A stretch of 64,000 bases of DNA from Camelus dromedarius (taxonomy: Eukaryota), in contig NC_087459.1 of the NCBI RefSeq assembly GCF_036321535.1, positions 10,726,001 through 10,790,000 on the forward strand. Direction: 5' to 3'. Below are positions 33,195 to 45,100 of this stretch, in pieces. Position numbers and translations under genes: made by a program. The first letter of the stretch is position 1; each line of letters starts with the position of its first letter. Under the pieces are notes generated by a model, which was not told where the DNA came from, searched no databases, and saw only the letters and a program-made list of their open reading frames with translations.

Positions 33195-36100
33195 GCAGTA
33201 TTAGCCACAAAAAAGGATGAAATTCTGTCATTTGCAACAACATGGATGGACTCAGAGGGTTTTATTATGCTTAGTGAAGTAAGTCAGAGAAAGACTAATA
33301 CTCTATGCTATCATTTATATGTGGAATCTAAAAAATAAAACAAATGAATATGCCAAAACAGAAACAGACTCACAGAACAAATCAGTGGTAATCAGTGAGA
33401 AGGAGGGGGGAGGGGCAAGATAGGAGTAGGGGATTAAGAGGTACAAACTACTATTATAAAATAAATCAGCTACAAAGATATATTGTATAGCACAGTCATT
33501 CTTTTATAGTAACTTTAAATGGAGTATAACCAATAAAAATATTGAATCATTATGCTGTACACCTGAAACTAATGTACTATTGTAAATCGATACTTCAATA
33601 AAAAAAAAAAAATAGAAAAATACACAAAAATTGTGTTAGGGTAGTGAGATTTCAAGAAATTTTTAAAAATACAAAAAATTTTAAATTCTAAAAAAATAAA
33701 AAACTAGTTGACGTACCTTTCAACTTTATTTTTTTATTTTTTGTTGTGGGGAGTATTATTAAAAACTCTTCATCCTTTTCTTCAGTGACTTTGATTGGTT
33801 TTAGGCTAAGATCTATGTTAATATTTAATTTTGTTTTCTTCTGGTTTTTTGTTTTGAAAAAGAAAAAAAGAAGGTAAAGCAGTAGAGCTATCTGACTCCA
33901 AAATCCCAAGTTTGTAATTGCTTCGCTCTACTGCCTTCCAGTCAATTAATGCAGAAAGAATGGCAATATTTATTACAATTAGGCTTTTCAATCAAGAAAA
34001 CAGAATAACCAAGGGCATGTCTACCAACGGGAAATGTACTTATAATGCAAACCCTTGGATCCTCCCGGTGTTTTGCAACTGTGCATGCCTACACGTCCTG
34101 GTTACTCTGGCCCCGAATCACAAAACATCCTGCTCCAAGATCTCACTCCTGACCGAGGTCCCTGCAGTGCCTACCCAATGCCCAGCACCTGAAGCCCCTT
34201 CCCCTAGGCCCTCTCAGCTCTCCAACCAGCTCCTTATTCTTGAAAAGGACTGTTTCAGCAAAGTGAATTTCTTACTTTGTTCAGAACATTTTTGTTAATT
34301 CAAACCCACCAGCTCTGCTACCTCCCATAAGCAGTTACACCTCATTTCGGCTGTCACCTCCCTGCACACACGGGACGCTCACCCTGTCATTCACAAATAT
34401 ATGCTCAGCCACACCTTGTTCCTCAAGAGGCTGGTCTTTTCTTGGTCTCTTTCTTTGTTCCTGGCAAGTTCAGTTCTTTAGTTTCTGGTACTCAGACTAC
34501 AGTTCTTCACCTTTTCTTGGATGAGAACTTAATGGGAGCCATGGCCTCTCTCCATTACAAAGATTTGAACATTTGCAGACTTGGAATTCCATTTCAGGGC
34601 ATCCATAGACCCCTTGAAGCCATGGATCACCTTAGGTTAAGAATTTCTAAACCTGTCCTGTCCAATATGGTAGCCACTAGCCACAGGGGACTGTTTAAAT
34701 TGAAATGAAATAAAACTTAAAATTCAACTCTTTAGTTTACTAGCCATGAATCAAGTGTTCAAGAGCCACACGTGGCTAGTGGGTACCACGTAAGGCCAGT
34801 GCAGGTAAAGAACATCTCCATCACTGCAGGACGCGCGACTGCACAGTGCTGCTGACACGACGCAAATGACAGAACATGGTGCAGCCGTTAACAAGGACGA
34901 AGCAGACCTATTGATATATACTCCCTATCAATGAATTCATAACACACACACTCACACACACACACACACACATTTGCATGTGCAAGGAGAAACCTAACAG
35001 GTTTTCTTTTCCATTACATATCTCAGGCAACAGCAGAGAGGGGGAAACTTCCATTTTATTCTGTATCTCTGGGTGTTTTTAAATGTTTAAAACATCCTTT
35101 ACTGGTTTATCTACATCCCTACCTGCCTGAGCTAAGAGCTTGGCTTCTACTCTCTGGAGCAGAATGCGGATCAGAGACAACAGGGAGATTCCTGTCCTCA
35201 GTTACCCCAACCCCAAGGGTCAAGGCTCCAGCCGCCCCACCCGACGAGCACCGCCCTGAATGCTTACTTTCTCGGCAGTCCGGTTCCAGACAGTCACCGT
35301 GTGACCCATTTTTAGCAAGTTGGAGACGATGCCACTTCCCATGAGGCCAAGACCCAAAAATCCTATCCTGAAAAAGAGAGACTGATCAGTTCAAAGTGGC
35401 AGGGACAGGCTAAGAGCCTGAGTGATACACAGGCTCTGCTTCCTCATAAACCCAGGGTCCGGGATCTCACTGCAGACCACCAGGAACCCCACTCCCCAGT
35501 ATGCGGACCCCACAACTGCAGAGCCAGTGGTAACGCAGGGTGCAGCTTCTCATTATTCCACCACTGTTTACCAGTGTTACATTATCTTCAGCTGCTGCAG
35601 TGGTTCCCGATCAGCCACCTTGAGCGCTAGGCCTTCAGATGCCCATTTAAAGGACATCGGGATCCAAGACAAGAAATGGGAGCAGTGTGCGGAGCCAGGA
35701 TCCCAGCACTCACCTCCCCTTCCTGCCTCCACACCCCACACCACCTTTGCACCCTTCCTGCTGTCAGCAGGGGTGGGTCTTGCTCCTCATCTTCAAACCA
35801 GACTGAGCTCTGAAACCAATCTTTCCCTGTTCTCACTGCAGGCCTGTTATGATCCTTGTGACCAATGCTCTTGGGTGGACAGTACATCTGCTTACCTCCA
35901 CCTCCTACAGCTTGCCCCTTCCTGTAGCCTCCAGAACCTGGGAGCTAAGAGCTGCTTCTGCTATTTCTACACACTTCTATAGATGAGTTTATCTTGCCCA
36001 AGCCTTTCTTGGCTTTTGCACTTCTTCATCTCTCCTTTCACGTGACATGGCTAAACAATGCCTCTTTCTTCATTTATTACATCGTGTCCTTGTTCATCAT

Positions 36101-39100
36101 GTTCTTGGGTTTCTCTCAGCAACAATATCCTCCGCAGCTGCTCCACTCTGACCTGTGTTATTCCTTCAGTATTTTCAGTCTCCCGGGAGTCACATCCCCA
36201 GCCACCTTTGCAAACTGGCTCGTGCACTTGGAGGCTCCCTTAATCCCTGTTGTAAGACGCACTCTCACTTTCTGTCCCAGCCGGCTCTAGGTCGTCTGAA
36301 TCAAATGTTGACAATGGAACCTACCACCTTCCCCACCAAATGGCACCCTTGGCCATTAAGTTTTAAGCCAAAGCTTAAAAATAAGCAGGTTCATTCATCG
36401 TTACCTGGGTAGTGCAAGTTTTCCCTGTGATTCTAAATCATGACAGACCAATTCTCTTCCCTTTTCTTGGTGTTCCAGGAGCCCAGCAGACCTGGGGATG
36501 AAGCTGATGCATTTTTAACATGGCAGCTGACAGCGCCTTGTGGTATCCTTGAGGCAAGATGGACAACGTGGACCAGGTGGACTGGGTACAGTGTCGCTGG
36601 TTTGCTTCACAGTTGACGTCTCACTTATGTTAAAACAGGGTTTGACTAATGGGCGACAAAACCTGGGAGAAAGCACTGGGACTCTGTCCTCAGCCCAGAG
36701 CTGAACTTTTTTTTAAACCAACACAATCCTCATTAATTTAACGAGCGACACCCATCCTCTTTTTTTAAATTTTATTTGTTACTAAAAAAAAATTGTTTTG
36801 GCAGGGGGAGGAGATAATTAGGTTTTTATTTATTTATTTTTAATGGAGGTACTGGGGACTGAACCCAGAACCTTGTGCATGCTGGGCACACGCTCTACCA
36901 CTGAGCTATACCCTCCCCCTACCTTTCTTTTATTAGCACATACATGCCTTTATCTTCCTCACTCTACAAAGGAAGTTCACTAAATGTAACAGGTAGAACC
37001 AGTGATTTCAACAGCACAAAAAATTATGTATAAAGTAAAAGACACACTGTTTTTAGCCTGAGAAATAACTGTACAGAAGACACAGATGGGAAATTCAGAC
37101 TTAGCTATGTTGCTCAGGAGAATGCTCCTTCTTTAAGAACCCTTTCCATCAACATGACTGTGCAACACAACTGGCTGTCAGAGGCAAGGCAAAGGCGAGT
37201 GCGGAGGCAAGCTAAGGCCTGGGGACCACAGGCGAGGCTCCCCCACCTGCTTGGGTGGGGCAGATGGCAGCAGGCAGGTACACAGGAAGGCCTGGGAGGC
37301 CACAGCAGGGAGACGAGGGGAAGGCAGGACAATTGGCTTTCTTCATCTCTTACCCGCACCTGTCCCCACCAGGGCCAAGGTCAGGGTTTTCATCATAGTT
37401 CTACAAACCAGTGGTTCTTAAAGTGTGGTCTCCTGACTAGCAGCAACAGCGTATCTGGGAATTTGTTCGCCCCAGACCTACTGACCAAGAAACCCTGTTG
37501 AGTGGAGTCCAGCAACTGGTGCTTTATAAAGGAGGAAACTTCCAGGCGATTCTGCGGCACAGCAAAGCCTGAGAACCACTGACTCAAGTGTCTCCTGCTT
37601 GAAGACTCAACAGTGAGCATGAAGCCAACTACACCATACATTTACAGGGCAGCTCCTGTCTCCTGCAAGTCAAATTACTCCCAGGCAAATCACTAAGAAT
37701 TACAACTATCCCCCCCTCTTTTCATTCAGTCCCAGCAATGGCTGGGACATACTCTTAGCAAGCCCCCCTGAGGTCACCCCACCCCGCTCAGCCCCAGCAG
37801 AACCAGAGCTACAGAAGCCTTTTCATCAAAGGTCCTACTTTTTGTCTGTGGGTGTGATGCTGCCATTCACGGCCGTGCTGTCTGCTGCCTGGATGGAGGT
37901 GGACCCAGTCTCCTAGGGATAGCAAGCACAAGTCGTCAGGTCACCCTGACGTGTGAGGCCCCAGTGAAAATAAAAACGGGAAGGTAAGGAACCTACATAC
38001 CTCTTCACATATTTTCAACTTCTTTGTGATTGCCTGGTAACAGACAGCTGGCTATTAAAGAGGGAGGGAAAAAACCACTTACTAAACTGACCATTTAATC
38101 AGTCTTCATTACAATCTCCCTATTAAGGTTAGGCCTAACGTGGATGTTAACATCAAAAACTTATTTGGTGTCCAATTATACTCAACTCCAAGTGACACAT
38201 TAGAAGGTAACATGCATCACCTCATTCAGTTCTCATGCAGCTCTGCAAGGTTCTTCAAGTCTTGAGTCTGGAATTACAGAGCTGGTCAGCATAACCGGGC
38301 TTGGAGCCCAGATCTGTCCAACTCCAGAGTCACAGATTATCAGCAGATTCTACCAGGGCTCAGCCTCACCTGGCAGACACCTCTCCAGGGCTCATGGGAA
38401 CTGCCTCCACCAGGCAGCACTGGCTGCCTCGTGGATGGCCCACAGCTCTTGAGGTTTGGTTTCTGTCCTAAATATCTCAAGGCAACCACCAATGTCTCAA
38501 TCACACAGCCACTGAGTTTTAAGTTTTTTGGGGTTCGTTTTTAATCTTAACAATGGCTGATTCACGAGTGGTCCTCTATGTGTCTTGCTCTGGGCAGCGG
38601 TACAGGTGGAGTCTAACTTTTCAGACTAGGAGAGTAAGGTTTGAACAGATCAGTACCCTGCACTCAGGCCAACCCCTGACCAAGGATCAAGAACCTCAAA
38701 GAACAACTCACCTTCTCGGTTTGGCTGAGCAGGAAGTGATGGAAATGAGGGTCTGCATCTTTTACAGGCTGAAACCAGAAAAATGCTTAAATAAACAAGT
38801 TATCTTCCACCAAAGGTTATTTCCTTCGACCTGACAACTGGCCTCTCCTCTGGCTGAAATACCTCTGGGAGCTAGGCTCATTCTTCAAACTGCCTGGAAA
38901 CTCATCTCCTATTGTTGGTCTAAGCCTTTTATAAACAACGCCCAGTCCAACTAGAGGAAAACTAGCTTCAAGTGGAAAAGAATGGATGTTTCTGCCAGGT
39001 TGGTATATAAATTACTCCTAAATACTGTGTAAAAATATTTTAAAAGCCTACTAGTATTTTTGAAATTCAGCATTCACCAGTTCCTTCAGATGACCCAGTA

Positions 39101-42100
39101 GACCAAGCCAAATTCTCAGGACTCTTCCCCACTCTCGGGTTTTTGGCCCACTTGTGCTTGGTGTTAGACCCTTGAGTGTCTAGACTTACTGAGGATTGAT
39201 ACTGACAGAGATGAGGTGGGAATGACTGCAGGACCTTCAAGGGCTTTTCATAAGCATGCCTAGCACAGGGGAACAGCGTATCCACACCAAGGATAGGACA
39301 GTGTGCAGCCACCACCAAAGCTGAATACACAGTGAAAAGGTGTTTATAAAGTATCAAGTGAAAAAAATCTGCAGAATGATCCCACTCTTGTGAAAACCAA
39401 CACTGTTCCCAATAGTAAAAACTGCACGAGTGTGTTTATATGAATGATGGTTAAGTGGGTGCGCTGAAGGGTCTGGGGTGAATTGTATCAAACTTAATGG
39501 TGAGTACCCCAAGGGTGGGATCTGTGCTTTTTACTCCATACACATGAAAAGGGAGAAAAGGGAAAGCACACAGTCAGGCCAGGAAACCAGCTCCGAGGCA
39601 GGCTTGTCCTGGCCCACGGGAGAGCTCATTACCTCGCTCACGGTTGGCTGCCATTTAAATGCGGCCATGGGTCCAGCCATCATCCCCTTCACGGTACTAG
39701 ACTCGGGGATGGTGAGATCCTACAGAGAAAAATGCAGATCGTCAACACGCTGTGGCACCTCAGGGGCAGATGTCTTCCTGCCTCAATTGGGGAGCACCTC
39801 CTCACCGTTTTGCTTCCTTTGGTCACACTCCACCCCAAACTAGCCCTAGCCAGCTCCATGGTCTCCCAGGCACAGCCCTGATACTGTCCATCGGGAGAAA
39901 CAGGGCAAGTCCTAATCAGCAGAGTGAGCCTTGCTCTTCTCTGATCCTGAAACAACAAATGTGTTCTTGTGCCAAATTTCACAAGGATGGAGGTAACCAG
40001 AAAGCCCAACTGTGGTCTGTAGTGTGGTCAGCAGGTCACAGAGAAAGTTCCTTTTGGCAAATAATGAACATTAAGAAACCAGTACTGGCTTCAGAAGGTA
40101 TCCACGGTTATCTCGAGAAAAAAAAGCTAAGAAAGCCACATGGTGCAAGAAGAAGAACTGCCCAATATTTTATAGCTGTGAAGTGACAAAACCAGACTTA
40201 GAACCTGGGGTGGTCAGGAGCCAAGAGCCCAATGTCTCCCCAGAAAGAAGGAATGAACTGTTTGGGCAGGAGAGTCAAGAGCTCAGTGGGGCATGTTGAG
40301 ATCTCCAATAGACAGCCAAGTATTAGTGTCAGGAGGGCCACGGAGGCTGGAAGACAGCAAATGCGGAGAGGGCCACGAGGCCAAATCTGCGGCAGAAGGG
40401 CAGATTTGGAGCTTTCTCTCTAGACACCTGGCCCATGTAGAGATGCTCAGAAATACGAAGAGGCCTAGCGAGTACTGCCCCAGAGAAGTTTCTGGCAGGA
40501 TGGACATGCTCTGTGTCTGTTCTGACGCAGTGGCCACTAGTCAAGTCACTACGGAGCACCTGCTGTGTGGCCAGTATGAATGAGAAGCCGGATTTTAAAT
40601 CAGATTTAATGTAAGGTAATTTAAATGTAAATGGTCACCACTCTAGTGACTAAGGCCACAACAACAAAATGAGAGTAAGGGGAGAAGACAGCTCTCCATC
40701 CAGCACTAACCACAGGCCTTGACTCCTGAGTCCTTGCTCTCTGCACAAATCTGGATTTTAGGAGAGCCACGGAAGTTCTGCCCAGGTGATTGATGTCCAG
40801 AGTGGCACTGCTCCCACACAGTCTAGACACAAACCCAGCCTTTGCCTTCCCGCATGTAATCAACACCCTTGCCGTCAAGGTCAGCCTTGTCTGGTAATCC
40901 TCACAGGACAGGGGATTACAGCCCAGAAAGGCAATCACCTAGGGCTCTGTCCAGTTATCAACCAGGCTACTGCACTCTGCTTCAGAGAGGAGCTCACCAG
41001 CCAGATGACAGTTACCACAGCAACACACACACTCTTTACGAGAAGAGTCTCTAACGGTAAGCCCGGCAGTGGCCCCTGGGGGCGCACTGAAACCACCACA
41101 CTCACTGCACAACGGGCTCCTGCCGAAAACTATAAATGCTCAACATTCGTCCAACATGTATTGTTGCAGGCACTGTCTTACGTGCTTTGCTTGTGTTACT
41201 CATTTAGTTCTTAGAACAACCTAAGAGGCAATGATCAGACAAGGAAACTGAGTCAAAGGTAGCTGGCCAAGGTCACACAGCAGTATTGTCATGGGTTCAT
41301 GACTCAAAACTCAAGGCCCTCCCCCTAACCTCTCCTTTATACTTCCCTTTATCCAGAAAGAAGTGGTTTCTCTCCAGGGCAAGCACAGGAGTTGGTGGGA
41401 TCCATGGTTTAAGATACCAGACAATACACACTGGGAAAACAGTATAAAACCTGACAGCCTAGATTCCTGTGAGTCCCCAGGAGATCAATTCAATCAAATC
41501 GAATCAGATCAAATCCCCTGAAAAGCTTTCCTGCACTGCACCGGGCAGTTTCTAAACTTTCTTGCCCTTTGGCTGGAGGTTCCCTGCGCTCACAGGGACC
41601 GGGCTGTCCCCACCACTACGTTTGCTCTCGTCTGCACCCTGTCTTAGGTCATCTAACAGCGAGAAGGACCTTTTCTAACGCAGTGGTTGCACAGTGGCAG
41701 CTGACAGGCTGAATCTAGTCCAGAGAGGTGATCCTTTGGACCTAAAAGTGTTTTAAAAATTTGAATTAGTGTCTAACATTTAAAATTAAACCACTTCACT
41801 TAAAAAATCCGTACTTCCAGCTTCTCTTGAGAAAAACCAGACAATTTCGCAAAAGTTGGCTGGAACCCCGAGGGAGGAGCGCGGCCTCCCCAGATGTCCA
41901 GTCGCTGCCTCCCCTAATGCTCTCAGCTCAACCTCCAGCTTCAGCACTCTCTTCCCTCACCTGCCTGATCTTGCTGGTGTCTGAACTTGCAAGTCCTGAT
42001 CTGATGCCTAGCGTTTCATCATGGCCTCATCACCCAACTGTCTGTGCCAGCCATCTGGCTTCTAACCCTCTGATCCTCCTCTAACAACCTTCGCCCGTGT

Positions 42101-45100
42101 TTTGACAGACTAACCCTTCCATCTCAAATTTTCTTCCCTTGGCTTCTAAGACACAAATCTTTTCAGGAAGAGGGTGAGAGGCATGTTGTTCCTGCTTTCC
42201 TTTCCTTTCCTGGCTCTGCCCAACCCTGAGCTATGGCATTCTCTCTGCAACGCCACCTCCTGCCCTTCAATCTTCTCTCTTCTTGCTTTCCTGAAAGACA
42301 AAGCTCATCGGGTCTCATGGATCCAACATCCTCTCCAAATACTCACCCCTACATCCACATTTCCATCCCAATGTTACTGGAGGTCTCCCTGGCAGTCTAG
42401 ACATCACTCCAAATGCATCACACCCGAAACAGAACTGGTCCTCTCACCCTGTATGCCAGCTCCTCTCCTTACACATCTGTGCGGAAGAAAGGTAGCACCA
42501 TTTCCCCAGGGACAAACTGCTCATTCATCTCCCATATGTAACCAGTTACCAAATCTTATAAACTCTTCCTCTGAAGTGCCTCTCACACGGTTTCTTTCAA
42601 TTTCTGCTACCACCCCCCAAGGACAGCTCCTTATGAATGCTCACTGAGGTTACCCTCCTCATTGGCTTCGAGCCTCTCTTCTCTGCCCTCCATGACTCCA
42701 AACACACAGCTTGGCACACACACTGCCACCTCCACAACCAGCTCAAATCCCTGCATGGCCCCATATCGGCTCCATGATGGTATAACACTGCTTAAATAGA
42801 CCTCAAGGCTCTTCACCATCTAGTGACAACCTACTTTTCTCTGCCCACTCTCCCTCCTGTCCTCTCCGAGGAAGAGACTGCGCACGCCAACAATAAGCCC
42901 ACGTGGGCTGTGCCCTTTGTCTGTGGAATGCCTTCCCTCCTTCCTTGCTCAGTCCCTTCCAGTGCCGGCCCTTGCAATGCTGGCTCACAAGGACCCTTCT
43001 GCCCTGACCATCTGGCCGAATGCCCGAGCCTCGCGCTCCTGCTTCATGCCCGTGTGTCCAGGCCGTGCCCCTCCCCTGGTCTGCAGAATTCTCTAGGGCA
43101 GCGCTCGGCACAGGCCTTGAATCTACTCAGTGAGCTGAGGCATATCGCAGAGCTCAGCTCTGCCGTATACAAAGGAAAGTCACTAGTCCCAGAAGCTACA
43201 GAGATAAAACAAACCTTCTCATCCTTTGGGGGCCGACCCCGCTTCCGGGGACTTTGCTCCTGGGCTCTTTTTAGAGGGGACTTGGAGCCTCTCTCTGAGG
43301 AGCCTGAAGACACCCGCTTCTTTCCTTCTCCCACGTTCTTCTTCACCTTCCCTTCAGACAGGCTAAGCTTGCGCTTCTCATCACCTGAGCTCGGCCTACT
43401 TCTCTCCTCACTGGAATTACGCCGATTCTTGTCATCAGCAGAATTGTGGGAAGATGTCTGAAAGTTTAACAATAATAATGATAACCACCACAACAGCCGC
43501 CACCGTGACTACCGCTATTTACACGAGCCACGCCCTGTGAGAAGTGCTTTACATGCATTATCCACACAACAACCCTAGGAAGTAGGCGCTGCTGTCACCT
43601 CACTTACATTTGGGGAAGCAGATTTTAAAAAAAAGAAAAAATCAAATCACTCGCCCACAGTCCCAAAGCTGGATTTACACCCAGGCGATGGGTCTGTCCC
43701 AGAGCCTGTGCTCCTGATCTCCATGCTGTAAAAGGGAGAGGGCCTGTGCCGTACTCAAAAGCTAAGATACTTCTCCTGGGTCCAAGCGACTTTCCTAAGA
43801 GCAACAATTTATTCCATAAAGGTCAGCCACATGCATGGAGTTTCAAGTTGATTAGCAAAACACTGATACCTTAGAACTGAAGTAGCTCTCTCTCCACTGG
43901 CACTTGGTAAGAATAGTTTCCGGTTCGGGCGACATTTAATCCATTAGTTACTATGCAAAAATAACCGGGCTGGAGTCGGCATGAGGTGAGAACCGCGGGG
44001 TTTCTTACCTGGTCTTTCCCTTTGGCTCTTCTGAGGAACTCTTCTACGGCGTCCACAGCTTGCTGGAATCGCTTCCCCTTGTTAATCTTTATCATTTCCT
44101 CCTTATGCGCATGATACGGCTTTAGCTGTTCCACTTTGATCCAGGCACTGGCAGAAAACACACAGAGAGAGGATATGTCCACACTGCCTGCGCCAAAAAG
44201 TATCAAAGGCCTCACCCCCGCAGAATGCAAACACCCATTTGGCTTCACTGAACTTTGAAACAGGCCTCCCATTTTTCTCAAAACATGCTACTGACCACCC
44301 TAAACTCTTGAACCTAAAGTATGTTTTCCTGAAACAAGTCAAGACAACCACCACCAAAACCAGCAACGTCCCAATAAGATCACTGCATTGCAGGTTATTT
44401 CTGCTCTCATCCACCAGCCTCCCACGCTGGGCCACATGCCCCCTTCCACTTGCTCAGGGCAGAGGGAACCTGCAGGTGTGCTCCCACTCTTACCACACAG
44501 CACACCTGCCCCATGTGGATCCCTGGGGATCGGTCAGGGCACCTGGAAGCACAGCAACCACAGCAGCATCGCTGCCCGCCTGCAGCCCAAGCCTGACATC
44601 CTGTCCATCACTGAGAGTCTGCGATGCTACCAGGGCTGAGGGCGACAGCACTGTAAATCCTGCTGCTCTTAACAGACATCTGCGGCCTCGGAGCCTACAT
44701 TTGTTCATAAATGACTGTATCCATGGCTACTGAACCACACAGAACATGTGACACGTGGTTTGGAACAAGGGCAGCAGCCACTAAAGGAGATTTTTAAAAA
44801 TAAGCTTCTGCTTGTGATTGAAGGTAGAGGAACACACTCTTCCAATTTTTAATTCTGACCATCAATGCATAACACACAAAAATTTAAAAAAAGCCATCAG
44901 CTGTCAATTCTGGGATATCTAGCCTCCCATACTAACCTGCACAAATCTGCCCCTGTTGGCTTCTGTGGTCTCCCTAAACGACATTTAGTTTCCAGAACAC
45001 CAGCATAAAGGGGAGAATTTTATTGGCTTGGCAAGGTAACAGTTAATTTACAAGTTTTAGTCTGTAATACTCAGAGGTTTCACAGCATAACCTTCAGGAA

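Noticed and set aside
35422-35982. 186-aa plus-strand ORF in a GLYR1 intron
   Set aside because: GTG start, antisense to the host gene, partly over L2-like sequence.
1965-36918. The eight tRNA-Ala(AGC)-like sequences as genuine tRNA genes
   Set aside because: Each has an A-rich SINE tail, several have TSDs, and all carry stem mismatches or CpG decay. They are SINE copies.
41070-41087. CTCF-like site GGCCCCTGGGGGCGCAC
   Set aside because: Mismatches at core positions on both strands; cannot be supported without a PWM scan or ChIP data.
42823-43461. 212-aa plus-strand ORF
   Set aside because: Antisense shadow of GLYR1 exon 5 extended into L2 sequence.
44472-44509. Perfect 11-bp hairpin GCAGGTGTGCT/AGCACACCTGC with a 16-nt loop
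   Set aside because: An isolated stem of this size has a fair chance of occurring in 64 kb (rough expectation ~0.3), and it has no other support.
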